Shown piece by piece: positions 37,686 through 50,958 of a stretch of DNA of 64,000 bases. How positions within the stretch are numbered: position 1 is the stretch's first letter; every line of letters begins with the position of its first letter. The notes beneath the pieces are model-generated. The model did no database searches and was not told the origin of the DNA. It saw only the letters and a list, made by a program, of their open reading frames with translations. This DNA is from Camelus dromedarius (lineage: Eukaryota): positions 9,240,001 to 9,304,000 of the forward strand of contig NC_087437.1 in NCBI RefSeq assembly GCF_036321535.1, written 5' to 3'. The translations under genes were made by a program, and so were the position numbers.

Positions 37686-38635
37686 ATCTAAGCAACGAGG
37701 TGATGGTTGATCGGTTCTCTTTATACTTTACGTGACAACATCAGACCATTTTTTTTTCCACCAGGCATCTTCCTAGACAAAGGCAAACAGACACACTGTT
37801 CTGATCAGTTCAGGGGGCGCTGACTTTGCTCAGAAAACCAGTGCCTGAACTTCCACAAGCGAAGTCATTTGGATGCTCTCCAAGTACTGAGGACACGGGT
37901 AAATGTAAGAGACGTTTCCCATCAGCAGCTTTCCGCTATGGCTATTTCCCCTGATGTTCTGTGAGCAGACTAATAGGGTGAAACAGAGAAAGCTCAAAGC
38001 AAAGGATGGATGAGTTTGAGGGACTCTTAAGACATTATTTTTCTTAGAATCATTTGCATGCTCAAGTAAATTGCATTTAACCGACGTATGGTGGCCCTGT
38101 CATGGAATGCCCACAGACAGCTGCACTCCGAGACTTTTAAGAGGACGTGTGGAATTGTTACCATCACAATTTCTCAGTCATGGTCGTCTACTCCTGGCAC
38201 TCTTTCAGAAATCATCTATTTGTGGTACTTCCAGTGGGTGGGGCTGCGTTTCACCTATGTTCTTATCCACTGGGATTCTCAATCCCTTCCCTGGAACCCA
38301 GTGGGCACTCAGTATGTACTTAAATTTTATTGAAATATCTCACTTTATAATTGAGAAAAGCTGTACCAGGAAGGGAAGGGGAGGTGAGAGGAAAAGAGGA
38401 AGGAAACAATGTTACATCATCCTATTGATGGCCTTCCCTTCTCCTGCAATGAGGTTTTGTTTTCCAGCCAAAGGAATATTACGTTTCCTTAAAAGGAATG
38501 GCTGTTGCCTGGTCCCACTAACACAGCCCCGTGGAGGTGACTTTGGTGCTGAATTTGGACACTTTAGAAACCTTGTTATCAGCATTACAGGGACTTCATT
38601 TGACTCAAATGCTTTGATGAGAATCCTGTTTCTGG

Positions 38636-39108
38636 GAACCGTAAGTTTGTTTTCTACATCTGTGAGTCTGTTTCTATTTTGTAAACAAGTTCATGTGTGT
38701 CTTTTTTTTTAAAGATTCCACATGTAAGTGGTATCATGTGGTATTTGTCTTTCTGTCTGACTTACTTCACTTAGTATGATCATCTCTAGGTCCATCCATG
38801 TTGCTGCAAATGGGGTTATTTCATTCTTTTATAAAAGGCCATAAAGCTGAGTAATATTCCATTGTATGTATATGCCACGAGGTGGGGGAGGGATAAATTA
38901 GTACTTGGGGATTTGTAGATACAAACCACTATATAAAATAGATAAACAACAAGGTCCTACTGTGTAACACAGGGAACTCTATTCAATACCCTGTAATAAC
39001 CTACAATGAGAAAGAATATATATGTGTGTATATATCTTAATCGCTATGCTGTGCACCACACATTCACAGAACATTATAAATCAACCCTACTTCAATGAGA
39101 AAAAGAAA
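38636..39108 (+). mobile_element. 5'-inverted (twin-primed) L1 with 16-bp TSD
   Basis: 38636 to about 38878 is antisense and about 38879-39108 is sense with an A tail. TSD agaa(t/c)cctgtttctgg at 38620-38635 and 39109-39124. Confidence 0.92.
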
Positions 39109-39581
39109 AGAACCCTGTTTCTGGTGGACTTAAATGGCAAAATCTCTTCTGAAGACACTGAACGCCCCTGGTGCCTGCCTGTGTCAGGTTTCCCGATGCT
39201 CGTCAGGTCTGGTCTCTGAACAGGAGCTAAGTAATTAAATCCAACAAGTCCATAGTTGGGGTTCCACTTACACAGCTCGCCCCAGAGAGCAGGGCATCAT
39301 GGACTGAGCTGGAGAATGAATCCCAGAAATCCACGCTATTACCAGCTGTACCGCAAGTCCATGAGCACAGCTAGTGCCCTAGCAGGTCACTGAAGGATCT
39401 TCTCTTGATCTGAAATGGTCTCTTTTCTACTTTCCTGTTGTTAAACTCTTTTCTCTTTCAACAGCACGGTGCTATTAGACGGATGGATGAATGGACGGGT
39501 GAATGCACAGACGTTCTGGCATGAAGCAATTAAAACATGAAAGTACTATGCTGATACTTCCTTTCTAACATTTTAACCACG

Positions 39582-40025
39582 TGTAAGTTCCCCAGGGCTG
39601 CTACAACAAAGGACCACAAACTCTGTGGCTTAAAACAGCAGAAATTCATTATCTCACTGTCCTGGAGGCTAGAAGTTTGAAATCAAGATGCTGGCAAAAC
39701 CATACTCACCTCCCCCTCTGAAATCTGTAAGGACAATTCTTCCTGCCTATTCCTAGCTGCTGGTGTTTTGCCAGCATCTCTGGCAATCCTTGGCTTACAG
39801 AGCCATCACTCCAGTTCCTCCTGGGTGTGTCCATCTCTGTGTCCAAACGTCCCCTTCTTATACGGATACCAATCATGTGGGATTAGGTTACCACGCTACT
39901 GAACTCATTTTAAGTTGGTTATCTCTGCAAAGAGACGACTTCCAAGTAAGGTTCTAAGGTAGTGGGGGTTAGGACCATAACATGCCTTTATATTGGCGGG
40001 GGGGGGCACGATTCAACCCATAACA
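39582..40025 (-). mobile_element. MaLR solo LTR (MLT1B/C-like)
   Basis: agggctgctacaacaaaggaccacaaact...ggcttaaaacagcagaaatt...ggaggctagaagt...gattcaacccataaca. Confidence 0.88.
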
Positions 40026-41737
40026 AATGGAATGGGCAACACAAAATCTACAAACCACTGGGACATTTTACTCAGGCACTAATTCCAGGACTTCCCGATT
40101 AAAGGAAACACTGAAATCAAAAATCAGGTTTCTTGTGTTAGTGTCTAAAAGGGAAAGAAACAGTGGATCACTGAGACCATTCCTTGTCCGCCCTCTTCCT
40201 ACAGGATCAACTCTAGCCTCAGAGTCTTGTGATCCCCAAGAGCCTGGGAAGAAGAAATAAGTTCTAAGAAATTGAAATACACAAAGAGATGAGGCTCGTG
40301 GAATTGAAAGAAGCAGATCTTTACTAGTGAGCCTCCAAATAATTTAGATGAGGGGCTTTTGAAATGTCACAAAGTGAAAGTTATAAAGTCTATAGAAAAA
40401 TTAAACAATGGCACACTGGTATGGGCTACGTGAGCAATTACCCCGATTTTAATTGTTTTGTTGAATCAGAAAAGGTATAAATTTTGGGGTACATGTTTTG
40501 CAATGTATCTTTTTTCTTGCTCCGTTCTTGTGTGTTTCTTTAAGTCACCATCTAACGCCTTTGAAAAAGTATAATGGTGCGAGGGATGGTTCTTTGTTCA
40601 AACAAATTCCATCTCAAGAGGTAATTTATATGATCTCTTCTAGCATGAAAACTCCAAGATAACACATATACCTGGAATGTAGCCCCTAAGAATATTCTTG
40701 CTTACCTTTATGTTTTGTTCAAAAATGCAAATACACATATGTCTGTGCAGATGTCTGTGTGCGTGTATATACACATGCATACATATTATTTATGTACTAA
40801 TTTATGTATCAGTATTTATCCACCAATTCTGTGCATAAAACCTTTCACTCTTTGGAATCTGGCATGACTCAATTTCTTTTGTTCTGCGTTTGGACTAGAC
40901 TTGATAATTTCTTGAATTATTCTACTTTTCCTTGCAAGGAAGTACCCATTCACTAATTTACACACACATTTCCCCCGCGCTAGGTGGCCTGTATGTCTGT
41001 TTTAGCCAGTGATGTAGAATTCAAGCCATGAAGGGCATTTTAGGCTGAGAAACACTACCTTCCATGAACTAACCTGGGCCCACGTCTCTAGAATCATTTC
41101 CATGCCCCCTTACCTCCCACATTTTGCTCCCGTAATCCAGATCTGCTGGAAATTTCCGGTATAACCTGGTGTGCTTTACTGTCTTCTCTACCTTTTGTGA
41201 GGTTCTTTGCTTTCTTTCCAATCTTTATTACTTACCCGCTACATGTATAATCCTGCCTACCCCTCCACATCCCTTTCCAAGAGGACCTCCTCTAGTCTCT
41301 CGGTGGGCGCAGCTAAACACCCCTCCCCGGGTCCGCACACCACCCTGTACCTACTAGGTCACATCATATGCTATCCACCGCCTGGATCTCCTGCCTGCAG
41401 TTCTCCCCTCCCCAACCTGCAAAAGATACAGTCAGCTTTGTTCATCTTTGAAAAATAAGTGCCCGAGAACAGAAAGTGCTCAAGAAAGGTTTATTGTTGA
41501 AGACAGTCATTAGATATGTAAAAAAGCAGCCACCCCAGCTGCTGTCAGTCATTTTAAGGAGAACTAAGTAGCTCAAGACATAATTCTTGGTGGAAGCCAC
41601 GTTGTTCGATTTGGTAGAAAATCTGCATTATCATCTGAGACTGACTGCATTTCAAAGCCTTGAGGGAAACATTCCCAGTAAACTGCATGTTTAAAAAATA
41701 GAAATAATAATCTCTTAAAATCCACGCCATGTGGGTA

Positions 41738-41830
41738 AGGCAATCCTCAGCCCTGGCTGGCCACCAGGAATCGCCCGGGAAGCTTGTTAAAAGTACAGAC
41801 TAAGAGTACCGACACAAGGCAAATTCATTT
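41738..41830. mobile_element. MER5-like hAT relic
   Basis: tcctcagccctggctg...gaatcgcccgggaagcttgttaaaa resembles MER5A. Confidence 0.5.
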
Positions 41831-41969
41831 AAAGTCTGAAAGAATCCGTAAGGGACAGCTAAGACGTGCTGGTCAAAACCTTGTTCATAGAATCAACTTC
41901 CTGCGATTAAAATGTTTCACCAGGTATTTCCAAGAAACCAATGTCTTCTTTCCCACCAATAAATAATTT

Positions 41970-42140
41970 TAGCCTAATACTCCTATAAAGGATGCAGTAT
42001 TATCCTTGTTTTACAGAAATGAAGATTGGGGAACAGCCGGAGTAAATGATTTGCCAAGGTGACCTATATATTACCAGGCAGCTCCAAGATTTAAACCCAG
42101 GGTTATTAAAACCCAGTGTTCTTCCTGCCTATCATACTGA
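41970..42140 (-). mobile_element. MIR SINE
   Basis: tattatccttgttttacagaaatgaagattggg...gtaaatgatttgccaaggtgac...gatttaaacccagg. Confidence 0.75.
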
Positions 42141-45049
42141 CTCTCAAAGATGTGCTCTAGCTCAGCAAACTTCTGAACTCAATTTAAAAATGGGATCTGA
42201 ATTGGGTTTCTTGGGAATTGGCAAACCGCAGGCAGAAACCCATACACATTAAAAAAAAGAAAAAGAAAAAAAGAATTGATGACGAAGACTAAACCAGAAC
42301 CACCTGAATAAACAAGGGTTATTTTGAAGTATTTCTAACAATTGACTTCCTTGTTAATAAATGACATTGTAGGCTGTTTTTAATCTCCAAAGTGTTGTTA
42401 AAGCACCGTTTCACGTCTGTACAACTTTCTCTGTTCTGCCTGTTTTTTCACTTCCTGACCTTTTTTAAGGACTTCAAGGAACCACTGTAAAGTTGAACTG
42501 TAATTAAAAGTTAAATCAGATACAGTGAAGGTCAAGTGGAGAGCAAGATGTTATCAGCTGTGGGAGTCAAGGACAAATGAGGCTGAGGCTCTCATGGCCT
42601 CCCCCAAAATCCTTAAGACCAAATCCACCTGAACCCAAAGCAAAGATAACCCAGTACCTAAGGACTGCTTTTAACCATGAGGGTACAGTTACATTTGGTC
42701 GTATTTGAAACACTTCCAGTGTCTATTACATAGAGACACTTGTACAAATTTCTGAAACACCCCAAAGACAGTGTGGTTGGACTACTGGTGGCTTTTTGTA
42801 TAAACTGTAAAGAGTAAAATATAAACTGTAACCACTTAAACCCCTCTTCACGTGGCCTGAAGGGGGTTGCAGATCTCAGCTGGATTCCCATGAGCAAGCA
42901 CAGGGAGAACCACTGACTTAAGAGGTTATTTTGTTAGCTGGCACATTAACTAGTACACTCTGTAACTCCCATGCCCTTCAAGTCTTGCACAGGGACTCTC
43001 AAAATATTGTGCTATAATTTCTTTTTTTGTGTGTGTATTTTTATCAAATAATGCACACATGATAACAAACCAAATAGCACAAAAGAGCTTCAGATGACAA
43101 GTAACTCTCCCACTAACCCTTCCAGCTCAGAGGTAAATGCTTGAAATGAAATGAAATGTTTATTATTAGTATTATTATTTCCTGCCATTTGACATCACAG
43201 CTCTAAACAACATGCTAATGTTCTCTAGACACTAACATAGATGAGAATTTAACACATACACCACCAGACCTTCTTCCTCTTTCCATACTCTTCAACATAC
43301 ATTGTCAAAGTTTTATTAAGTTGAATATTTATTATTATTTCACAACTATACATAATAGGTTCCCATATTTATGTCTGGCTCCATTAACTTGAGTCAGGAT
43401 CTCAAAATCCCTGCTTGAAGGTATTTGTTTTTGTACAGCTTTTCTCCCTCAATTTCCAATTTCCAACTTCTCTCAGCTACACTTATAATACACTTTTAAA
43501 TGTTCAAACTTTTCTAACTGAAATATCTTGTGCTCTCAGCTACAACCCATCCTTCCAGGCTTTGTTCAAGGATGAGTCTCAAATGTAAAAGCGAATAAAC
43601 AACATTATCGTTGTTTTGACTTGATCCATATTTTTGTCTGCTAACCAAGTAATGTGATAGGATTAGATTTCTTTTTCTATAGTTCCAATGCTACAAAACT
43701 TGGTCCATTCAAAAGGGAGTGTTTTAGCTTCAAGCAAAGAAACTTCTATTTTCTTATTACCCATCAACTACTTGAAATTCTGTCTTATTTTCTACTGCTA
43801 CATTTTAAAGCATACTTTCTGATTGTTCTTTGCCTTTCTTTTTCTATAAAAATGTGTTTTAATCTTAATTTGAAACAAATTTTCCTCTTTTCAATCAATC
43901 CTCATGTTTCCAGTCCCACCTGTCTCATGCTTTCTGCTAGTCACTCAATTTGACACCAGCAGACCCTATTTCCAGACCTTCTCCAAGGTCCTGAAGTCAT
44001 ACTTGTCTCTACTTTCCTCTTCTGTGCACTTTCCTTCCACCACCTGGCTTCTAGGGATGTTTAAATCTCCATGTATGGTGACCCTAAACACCTCTGCTCT
44101 TTGGCAGCTATCTCTCCTTTTTGTATTTTTTAGATTTATTTCAAGAAAGTCTTGAGAGAAAAGGAATTGCTTTTATACAATCTTTGTCCCATTTTGAAAA
44201 AAAAATTGGAGGTTTCTATCTAAACATATTTTAAATAACAAACCTGAATAAAAGGAACTTTGGTTTCTAAAAATAAACTTTAGTCCAAAATACCTGCTAT
44301 TTGATGTCAATAAATTATAGTTTGCAGGTAAAAAAAAAAATATTGTTGCTCATCTTTAGTCAGGAAAGCAACTCCATTTAAAATAATCACCCTTCTAAAC
44401 AATAGTTTAACATCAAGAAATCATTTAAGATCATGTTACTTCCTCTAAAATCTGCTGGGAACTCTTAGTGAACACTGCTTTCCGCTATTTCTTAGAATGT
44501 GTAATTTCTTCCATCCTGAAAATAATACATGACAGTTAAAAACTCCATTTTCATCCATCCTCTCTTGCTGAATTTATTTGTATTTTAAGTGAACTTTCTA
44601 AATCACTTCTCCAGATATTTCTTGATGACAATTTGCATTTTGTGAAGAATGCTTGGCTTAAGAAAAGCAAACAGAAAAAAGGCAGTTGAAACGAAGAAAA
44701 TGTACTAGTGCTAAAGACTGCTGCCAATTACCCCACAAAATAATCAGGCTACCCGAGTACCTCTGAAATGGCAGTGTTGACTCTTAAGACAAACCCATCA
44801 CAGATCAAGGGTCAGTCTGCTAAGCTGAATTTCAAACAATTCCAAAACACTGAAAAGGAAAAGACCATGCAACTGCATGGCCCAGCTTGGCAAGAGTTCC
44901 TGTAACCATGTGCACCTGATCATATAAACCCCAGAGAAATACAATCAAGACAACACAGGGTTCAGAAAGGTGAGGAAGGGGAGAGCTGAGCACTGGAAAA
45001 CGAAAGTGTAATTGTTTCTAAAACACTAAGGTATCTTGGAATATGAATC

Positions 45050-45200
45050 TTATTGCTGGATGGACTTGGAGTCACATTCCAGAATGGTCACCTACTAATC
45101 TTTGACCTTGGGAAAGAGGCCTGGGAGCATTAAATGAGATAATCTATGTGAAGCACTTGAAACAGAGTCAGACACGTTCAAGATTCATTAACGGTTTTGT
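45050..45200 (+). mobile_element. MIR SINE
   Basis: ttggagtcac...tgaccttggg...attaaatgagataatctatgtgaagcactt. Confidence 0.7.
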
Positions 45201-45589
45201 GGTTTCCAGACACCATCATCCTCCGAATACTGACAGCCAAGTAAGTGGCAGAAGTAACAACTCATATGCTGTTTCTCCAGCGATGATAAAGTCATGCATG
45301 AAACACAGAATCATTTAAAGTATTCTGTACTGATTGTTGAGAGATTACTTAATACGACAACAAACTGAAATTAATGGATTAAAGACAAACTGAGAGGGCT
45401 GATCAGTTTGGTATTTTACGGAAGAACTCAAACATGGAAGCTTGCAAGGTGGATGGCATGTGATCAGTGTCAAGGACATGGAAGGATGCCCTGGGAAGGG
45501 TCCAGATATTTTTTGGGTCTCTGCAGATGTCTGTCTGAAGAAGGCTATGTAATCTAATGGCTTGTACAGATACAACAATGCAAAACAAA

Positions 45590-46980
45590 TAGTTCCAATC
45601 TCCAGAAAGGGACTTAGAATACAGTTAGAGAAAGATAAATAAATTTTAGCTCAAGTGAGCAAGTGTGGAAATAAAGATCTCAGCAGAGTGCCAGGGGAGC
45701 AGAGCGGAGGGGGTCTTCACTCAGAGTGGGGATGTCCTGGAAGACGTCATATAAATCACCCAATTTGGGCTCAGTAAGTAGGAATTACGTAGGTGGAAAT
45801 GACAAGTATAACAGAAACAGCCCATGCAAAGGTATAAAAGAATGTGATGTTCAAAGGAACTTATCTACAAAACAAAAACAGGCTCACAGACATAGAGAAC
45901 AAACTTACGGTTACCAGGGGTTAAAGGGGTGAGAAGGGATAAATTGGGAATTTGAAAACTGTACTTCCTGGGGGGTGATGGAAATGTTAGCTACGTTGAT
46001 TGTGGAGGTGGTTTCATGGGTGTAAATATCTATCAAAATTCATCAAATTGTACATCTGAAATATGTGTAGTTTACTGTACAGGAACCATACCACAATAAA
46101 GGTGATTTTAAAAAAAAGAATGTTATATTGTCAGTAAACATTCATAATTTAGGTGTGAATGGGGAACAGTGTGAGTTGGGGGGGAACAGTGTGAGTGGAA
46201 GAGAGGCAAGTGGCCAGGGATATTGGACCAGGTACTTAAGATGTGGGCTCTGTTCATGAACCTGAACTTTAGTCCTTTGAGCAATGCTAAGCTATAAGAA
46301 AACATCCAACTCAAAAGTACATGCAACCATATTTGTATCTTCAGAAAAATAATTTAGACGAGAACCTGAAGGGAGAAAATCAGTCCGGAGTCAGGAAGAC
46401 TTTAAAGCTGTTGCAAAAGTCCACCTGAAAAATCCAGGTCATGAGTTAGCCAGTAGCAACTGGGAGATTTGAGGGAGAGATTGGGGAGAGTTTTAGGAGA
46501 CAGGCTTTTAAGTCAGCATCATTTATTTGACTGATTCTTCTCACTGGGTCACTGAACAGAGAGTGACAACATTAACCATTGCATGAATACAGAACAAATG
46601 GCACATTTCAGAAAGGTGGGTGGGGGTGTATTTGTGGGTAGGGGAATTAATGCGTTCACGACTGGAACCTGTTACGTAGAGAGGAAATCAGAAAGAAGTC
46701 ACAGGGGTTTAAAAGTGTGCAGTGTTGAAGTTCTGAGTTTAATAGCTCTCAGTGTAAGGGAAGACAGCGGGCATGGGTGACACAGACTAGGAGATGTGGA
46801 ATACGCTTTGGAGTAAAGTTAGAAAGGAGGGGACTACAGAGACTCCTGGGGGGAGCACTGATGTTTCTGGGGATGGCAGAGAAGAAAGAGCCCAGAAGGA
46901 AGCCTGAAGAGAGGAGAGCTGGCAGAGGAATGGGAACACCAGTATCCTTAGGGAGAAAGGATGGATCTGAAGGAACTATC
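45590..46980 (-). mobile_element. Degraded L2, interrupted by an L1 composite
   Basis: Purine-rich antisense L2-like text on both sides of 45852-46113. Confidence 0.55.
45852..46113 (+). mobile_element. Composite L1: young 3'UTR piece joined to an L1M-type 3' end, within one TSD pair
   Basis: TSD aaaagaatgt(g/t)at(g/a)tt at 45836-45851 and 46114-46129. Junction at about 45957. Confidence 0.75.
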
Positions 46981-47964
46981 ACACCGGCCAATTTCTACGC
47001 CCCTTTTGAAGACTTTACTGAGAGTACATTCTGTTATCTTCTTTGGATACCCGTGCCTAGAAGCTTCTAGTGCCCGTTTGCGGCAGGGCAGGTGCTGTGA
47101 CGAGCCTGAGGATACAAAGACAAGATAAAGTCGCTGGTCTCAATGAACGTGCGGTTCAGTGGGGAGGAGAGATGTGTGCAGCGATAACCATGGCACAACA
47201 CAGTTTTATGATAATTGCTATAGAACGGGGTCATCGTTACACACACAAGGGAGAAACTACTAATGAATTTTGCTGGGGATGGGTCACATAAGGGAGAAAA
47301 GTTGCAAGTTAAGAACAAAATGTCTTTTTCTTCCCTCCTTAAGCCTTCTCAGTAGTTTTAATTAGATTCTTTTTAGATTCTCATCTCTTAGTGAAATGGA
47401 AATTTGCTGATGAATTACATTGCCTAGCTTTCTTCAAAGTTTTACCTTTATTCAAAAGTCCAAGATATTTTCTGATTTAATTTTTAGAATGTATAACGTC
47501 AATGTTTAGCTAAAGAGAAGGACTTCCTGATTTAAATTAAAGAATATGTGAATAACTTAACAATGTCTGCAAGAATAAGAATTTATCGAACAGTGCAGAA
47601 CCTTAGAGAGATAATTTAAAAAATATAATAGAAGACATTAAAGAACGATATAAATGAGAGATAAATCATACTGATGGGTAGAAAGATACGAAATAATAAA
47701 AATGTCTCTGTTCCTTCCAGTCAAACTACAGAATCAATTTAATGTGAATCAAATAGTTGTCAGGTTTTTCATGGATGTGATAATTTTAAAATTGATGTGG
47801 GAGAGGAAGTTATCAAGGATATGCAAACCCCCCTTAAAGAACGAAAACATGGAGAGACCACGTCTTATCAGACATGGAACACTGGGACTCCCCCAGAGAA
47901 AAAGAAACAGACCACTGAAGTAGTCCAGAAGTCCACGGGCAGATCCCTTTCCAAAATGTAATTT

Positions 47965-48365
47965 GCTCATTCATCTGCTCACTCAGTGGGTATCACTGGG
48001 TCCTGATTATGGGCCAGGAATTTTCTACGTGCTGGGTAACAAAACAGACAAAATTCTTACTCTTCATTGTGCTCATGTTACAGTGGGGAGAGGGGGAGGT
48101 GGATGAGGTAAGTAAGAAAATAAACACATTCAAATAGTCCTAAGAGTGATGGAGGAAATAAAGCAGGGAAGAGAGATTGAGTAAGTTTGGGCAAGTGGTG
48201 GTTTTTAAGTGTAAACGAATGTGGTCTCACTGAAAAGGAGCTTTAGAGAAAAAGCACGAAGTAGGTGAGGAAGGGAACACGTAGCCACCAGAGGGGAGAG
48301 CACTTCAGTCAGAGGACCCAGCGAGGGCAATGACCCTCAGGTGGGAGCGTACCTGAGGCCAGTAA
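47965..48365 (-). mobile_element. L2 3' end nested in the L1M remnant
   Basis: cattcatctgctcactcag...gggccagg...aacagacaaaattc...gacc ctcaggtgggagcgtacctg resembles antisense L2. Confidence 0.65.
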
Positions 48366-48648
48366 GTCATTGTCATGCCGTGGACACAGAAACGACAAAT
48401 CAGTCAGTGAGCTGGGACATCTGTTTACCCTTAAGGGAAAAAGATGAAACTGGGTTTATACCTCATACTACACACAAAATCTAATCTCCTGTAGATTATA
48501 GACTTCACTGTGAAAGGCAAAGTTTTACCTTTAAGAAGACAAGAATATTTTAACAGCCCTATGGTAGAAAAAATTTTTTTTTTACTTAAATCAAAAAAAG
48601 GCTCAAATAACTTTGAAACTAAAAACATTTGTTCATCAAAAGTCCCTG

Positions 48649-48762
48649 TTCAAGTGGTAGAACACGGGCTTAGCATGCACGAGGTCCTGGGTTCAATCCC
48701 CAGTACTCCCCTAAAAGTAAATAAATAAATGGACCTAATTAGCCCCCACCCCCTGCAACAAA
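48649..48762 (+). mobile_element. tRNA-derived SINE (camelid Vic-1 type), slightly 5'-truncated
   Basis: B-box GGTTCAATCC at 48690-48699, tail aaataaataaa..acctaatta.cccc. Perfect 11-bp TSD aaaagtccctg at 48638-48648 and 48763-48773. Confidence 0.88.
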
Positions 48763-50958
48763 AAAAGTCCCTGGGAAGAGAGCAAAAAAGACAAGTCACG
48801 AATCTGACAAAGGGTTCATATCTTTCATACATAAAGAACTCCAACCAGTCAGTAAGAAGAATATTCATAACCTAATAGAAAACGGGTATTTCACAGAAAA
48901 GGAAAAATAAATAGCTAACACAAATGTGAAAGGCTTAGCAACTCTTGTTAGTATTCGGGAACATTTCTGGAAACACAAAATTAATTCAGGATTCTATTTT
49001 TCATCTAAGAAACTGGCATAATTTTTTATTTAAATGTACAATAGCACCAACCATTTGTAATGTAGAACAAAAAGAATTCTTATATACTTAGGTGGGAGTG
49101 AAAACTGGTATGATTTTTGGAGAACTTCCATTGAAGATAAGACCCTAGAATAGTTAAGATCCAGTGTTCCAATCCTAGCAACAGACTCTAGAGAAACTCA
49201 TGGGATTGCGCACATGTACATATGTGCCAGAGTGTTAACAGGAACAGCCTTTACAACAGCAGAGACATGGGTCCAGACCTCAATCTGCAGCGGGAGAGAC
49301 CAGTGCTCATACAATGCCTTAGACACAGAGCCTGATGAGAACCCAAGGACTGCTAAACGTGCCAATGGGGATGAACCGCAGACACATGGTTCTGAGGGAA
49401 GAAATAAGTGACAGAGGAGGTAACACATATAAAATGACACTTCTGTGATGCCAAAGAAGCAGCAGAACTAAACAGCCCTTTATTTAAGGGCACATCCTCT
49501 GGGGCTAAAACAATAAAGTAAAACATGGGAATGGTGAAAAAGACATTCTGGGTCTTGATTACTTCGGATAAGAAGGCAAGGATATACTCAGCAGGGAGAA
49601 AAAAAACACATTATTTTAAAAGTTAGACATAATGTTCAATTTCTTAAGCTGGAGCGGAAGTACGATGTTTACATTAGATCATGCTTTAAATTGACATATG
49701 ATAGCAATAGATTTGTAGACATCAAATATTTCATGGAAAAAAAGGGAGTTTATGAAATAAAGTTGACAATGAACCTTCAAAAGATGCACCATAAGAAATA
49801 AATTGCATTGCTTTTATCTATTGACTTTGTATCCTGCAGAATCACTGCCAAGTGGCTCACACTGGTATACCAGGAACAGAAGCTAATTAAAATTAACTAA
49901 GTGGAGGCAGTGATCATGTTCTCTTTCTCCTCTTTTTTCTACACTGGGGAGGGCAGAGAGGGGAAGGGGCAGGAGGGAGGTGCAGAAGCCCCCCCTGAAA
50001 CTACATCAGCTATCTGTAATGCTATCTGATCCGGGAGAAAAACTAAACACAGAATATTCAAATGAATCTCAACTCAACCATCCGTTTCAGAAGTAAATTA
50101 GAATTTCCCGTATGTATACAGCATCTTAAAGTCCCATGCTAGGCATGGTGACTCAGAAAAGTAAGTATGAAAAATGCTTCTTGAGCTTCTTCACATCCTC
50201 TTTGGATTAAATCGTAATAAACTGAAATTCCACATTACACATTTCTTTACTGAGGTGGCAGAGTCACCAGTGGAACAATGCTCTCTTTTACCTACCCAAA
50301 AGGGAACGAGTCTCTTTGTCTCTGTTAGTCAAAGACCTCTTGAGGGGAAGGACACATCACTGAATAATTAAGGAAACAGAGCAAAGTGAAAGAAATTTAA
50401 TAATTTCTAAAACCATTATTTATCCAGACTTACCTTTAATGAGCTGATTATAAGATTAAATACTATGATAATCAATGTGTAGTTTTAAAAGCCAACAATG
50501 TGAAGTCTATAAGAACATAAATTAGCTTACTAGGAACTCACAAATGTTGACTACATTGTCCTCATATAGAGGATTTAATTTAGGATGTATTAACCTAGTG
50601 TCAGAGTTACACCTTAAACATTGATTTACCAGGAACTTTATTGTCCCTCAAATTTAAATGCATAATTCACTCTGTCCACAGACTTGAGTTCTACTCTTTT
50701 TTTTCCCCACATATTCTTTCAAAACCCTAGTTCTTATTAGTTATAACTTCTCTAATAACTAACCTATGACCTTTCATATAAGTGGCTTTCTGGCTCCCTT
50801 ATACTTCCATCACATTTTTTTATACAAAATCCCCATCATAGATCAATCAAGCATCTGAATTCTTAGCTCTTTTGATATTTGCTGTTTATCTTTACCAGCT
50901 GCTCAAGCCTGACACTCCTTCAAGCATCAACTCCTAACTCCGACTAGTGGTGAGATGT

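Larger units (their letters stand above)
47620..49740 (+). mobile_element. Ancient L1M ORF2/3' remnant with nested insertions
   Basis: Degraded L1M text (tttatacctcatactacacacaaaat...aaaaacatttgttcatcaaaag...ggtgggagtgaaaactggta...tttcttaagctgg). Confidence 0.65.

Noticed and set aside
37803..37822. CTCF site CAGGGGGCGCTG
   Set aside because: The 3' half matches but the CCAC half is replaced by AGTT.
38071..38712. 213-aa ORF
   Set aside because: Non-ATG start, no recognisable domain, and it runs into antisense L1. Consistent with a chance intronic ORF.
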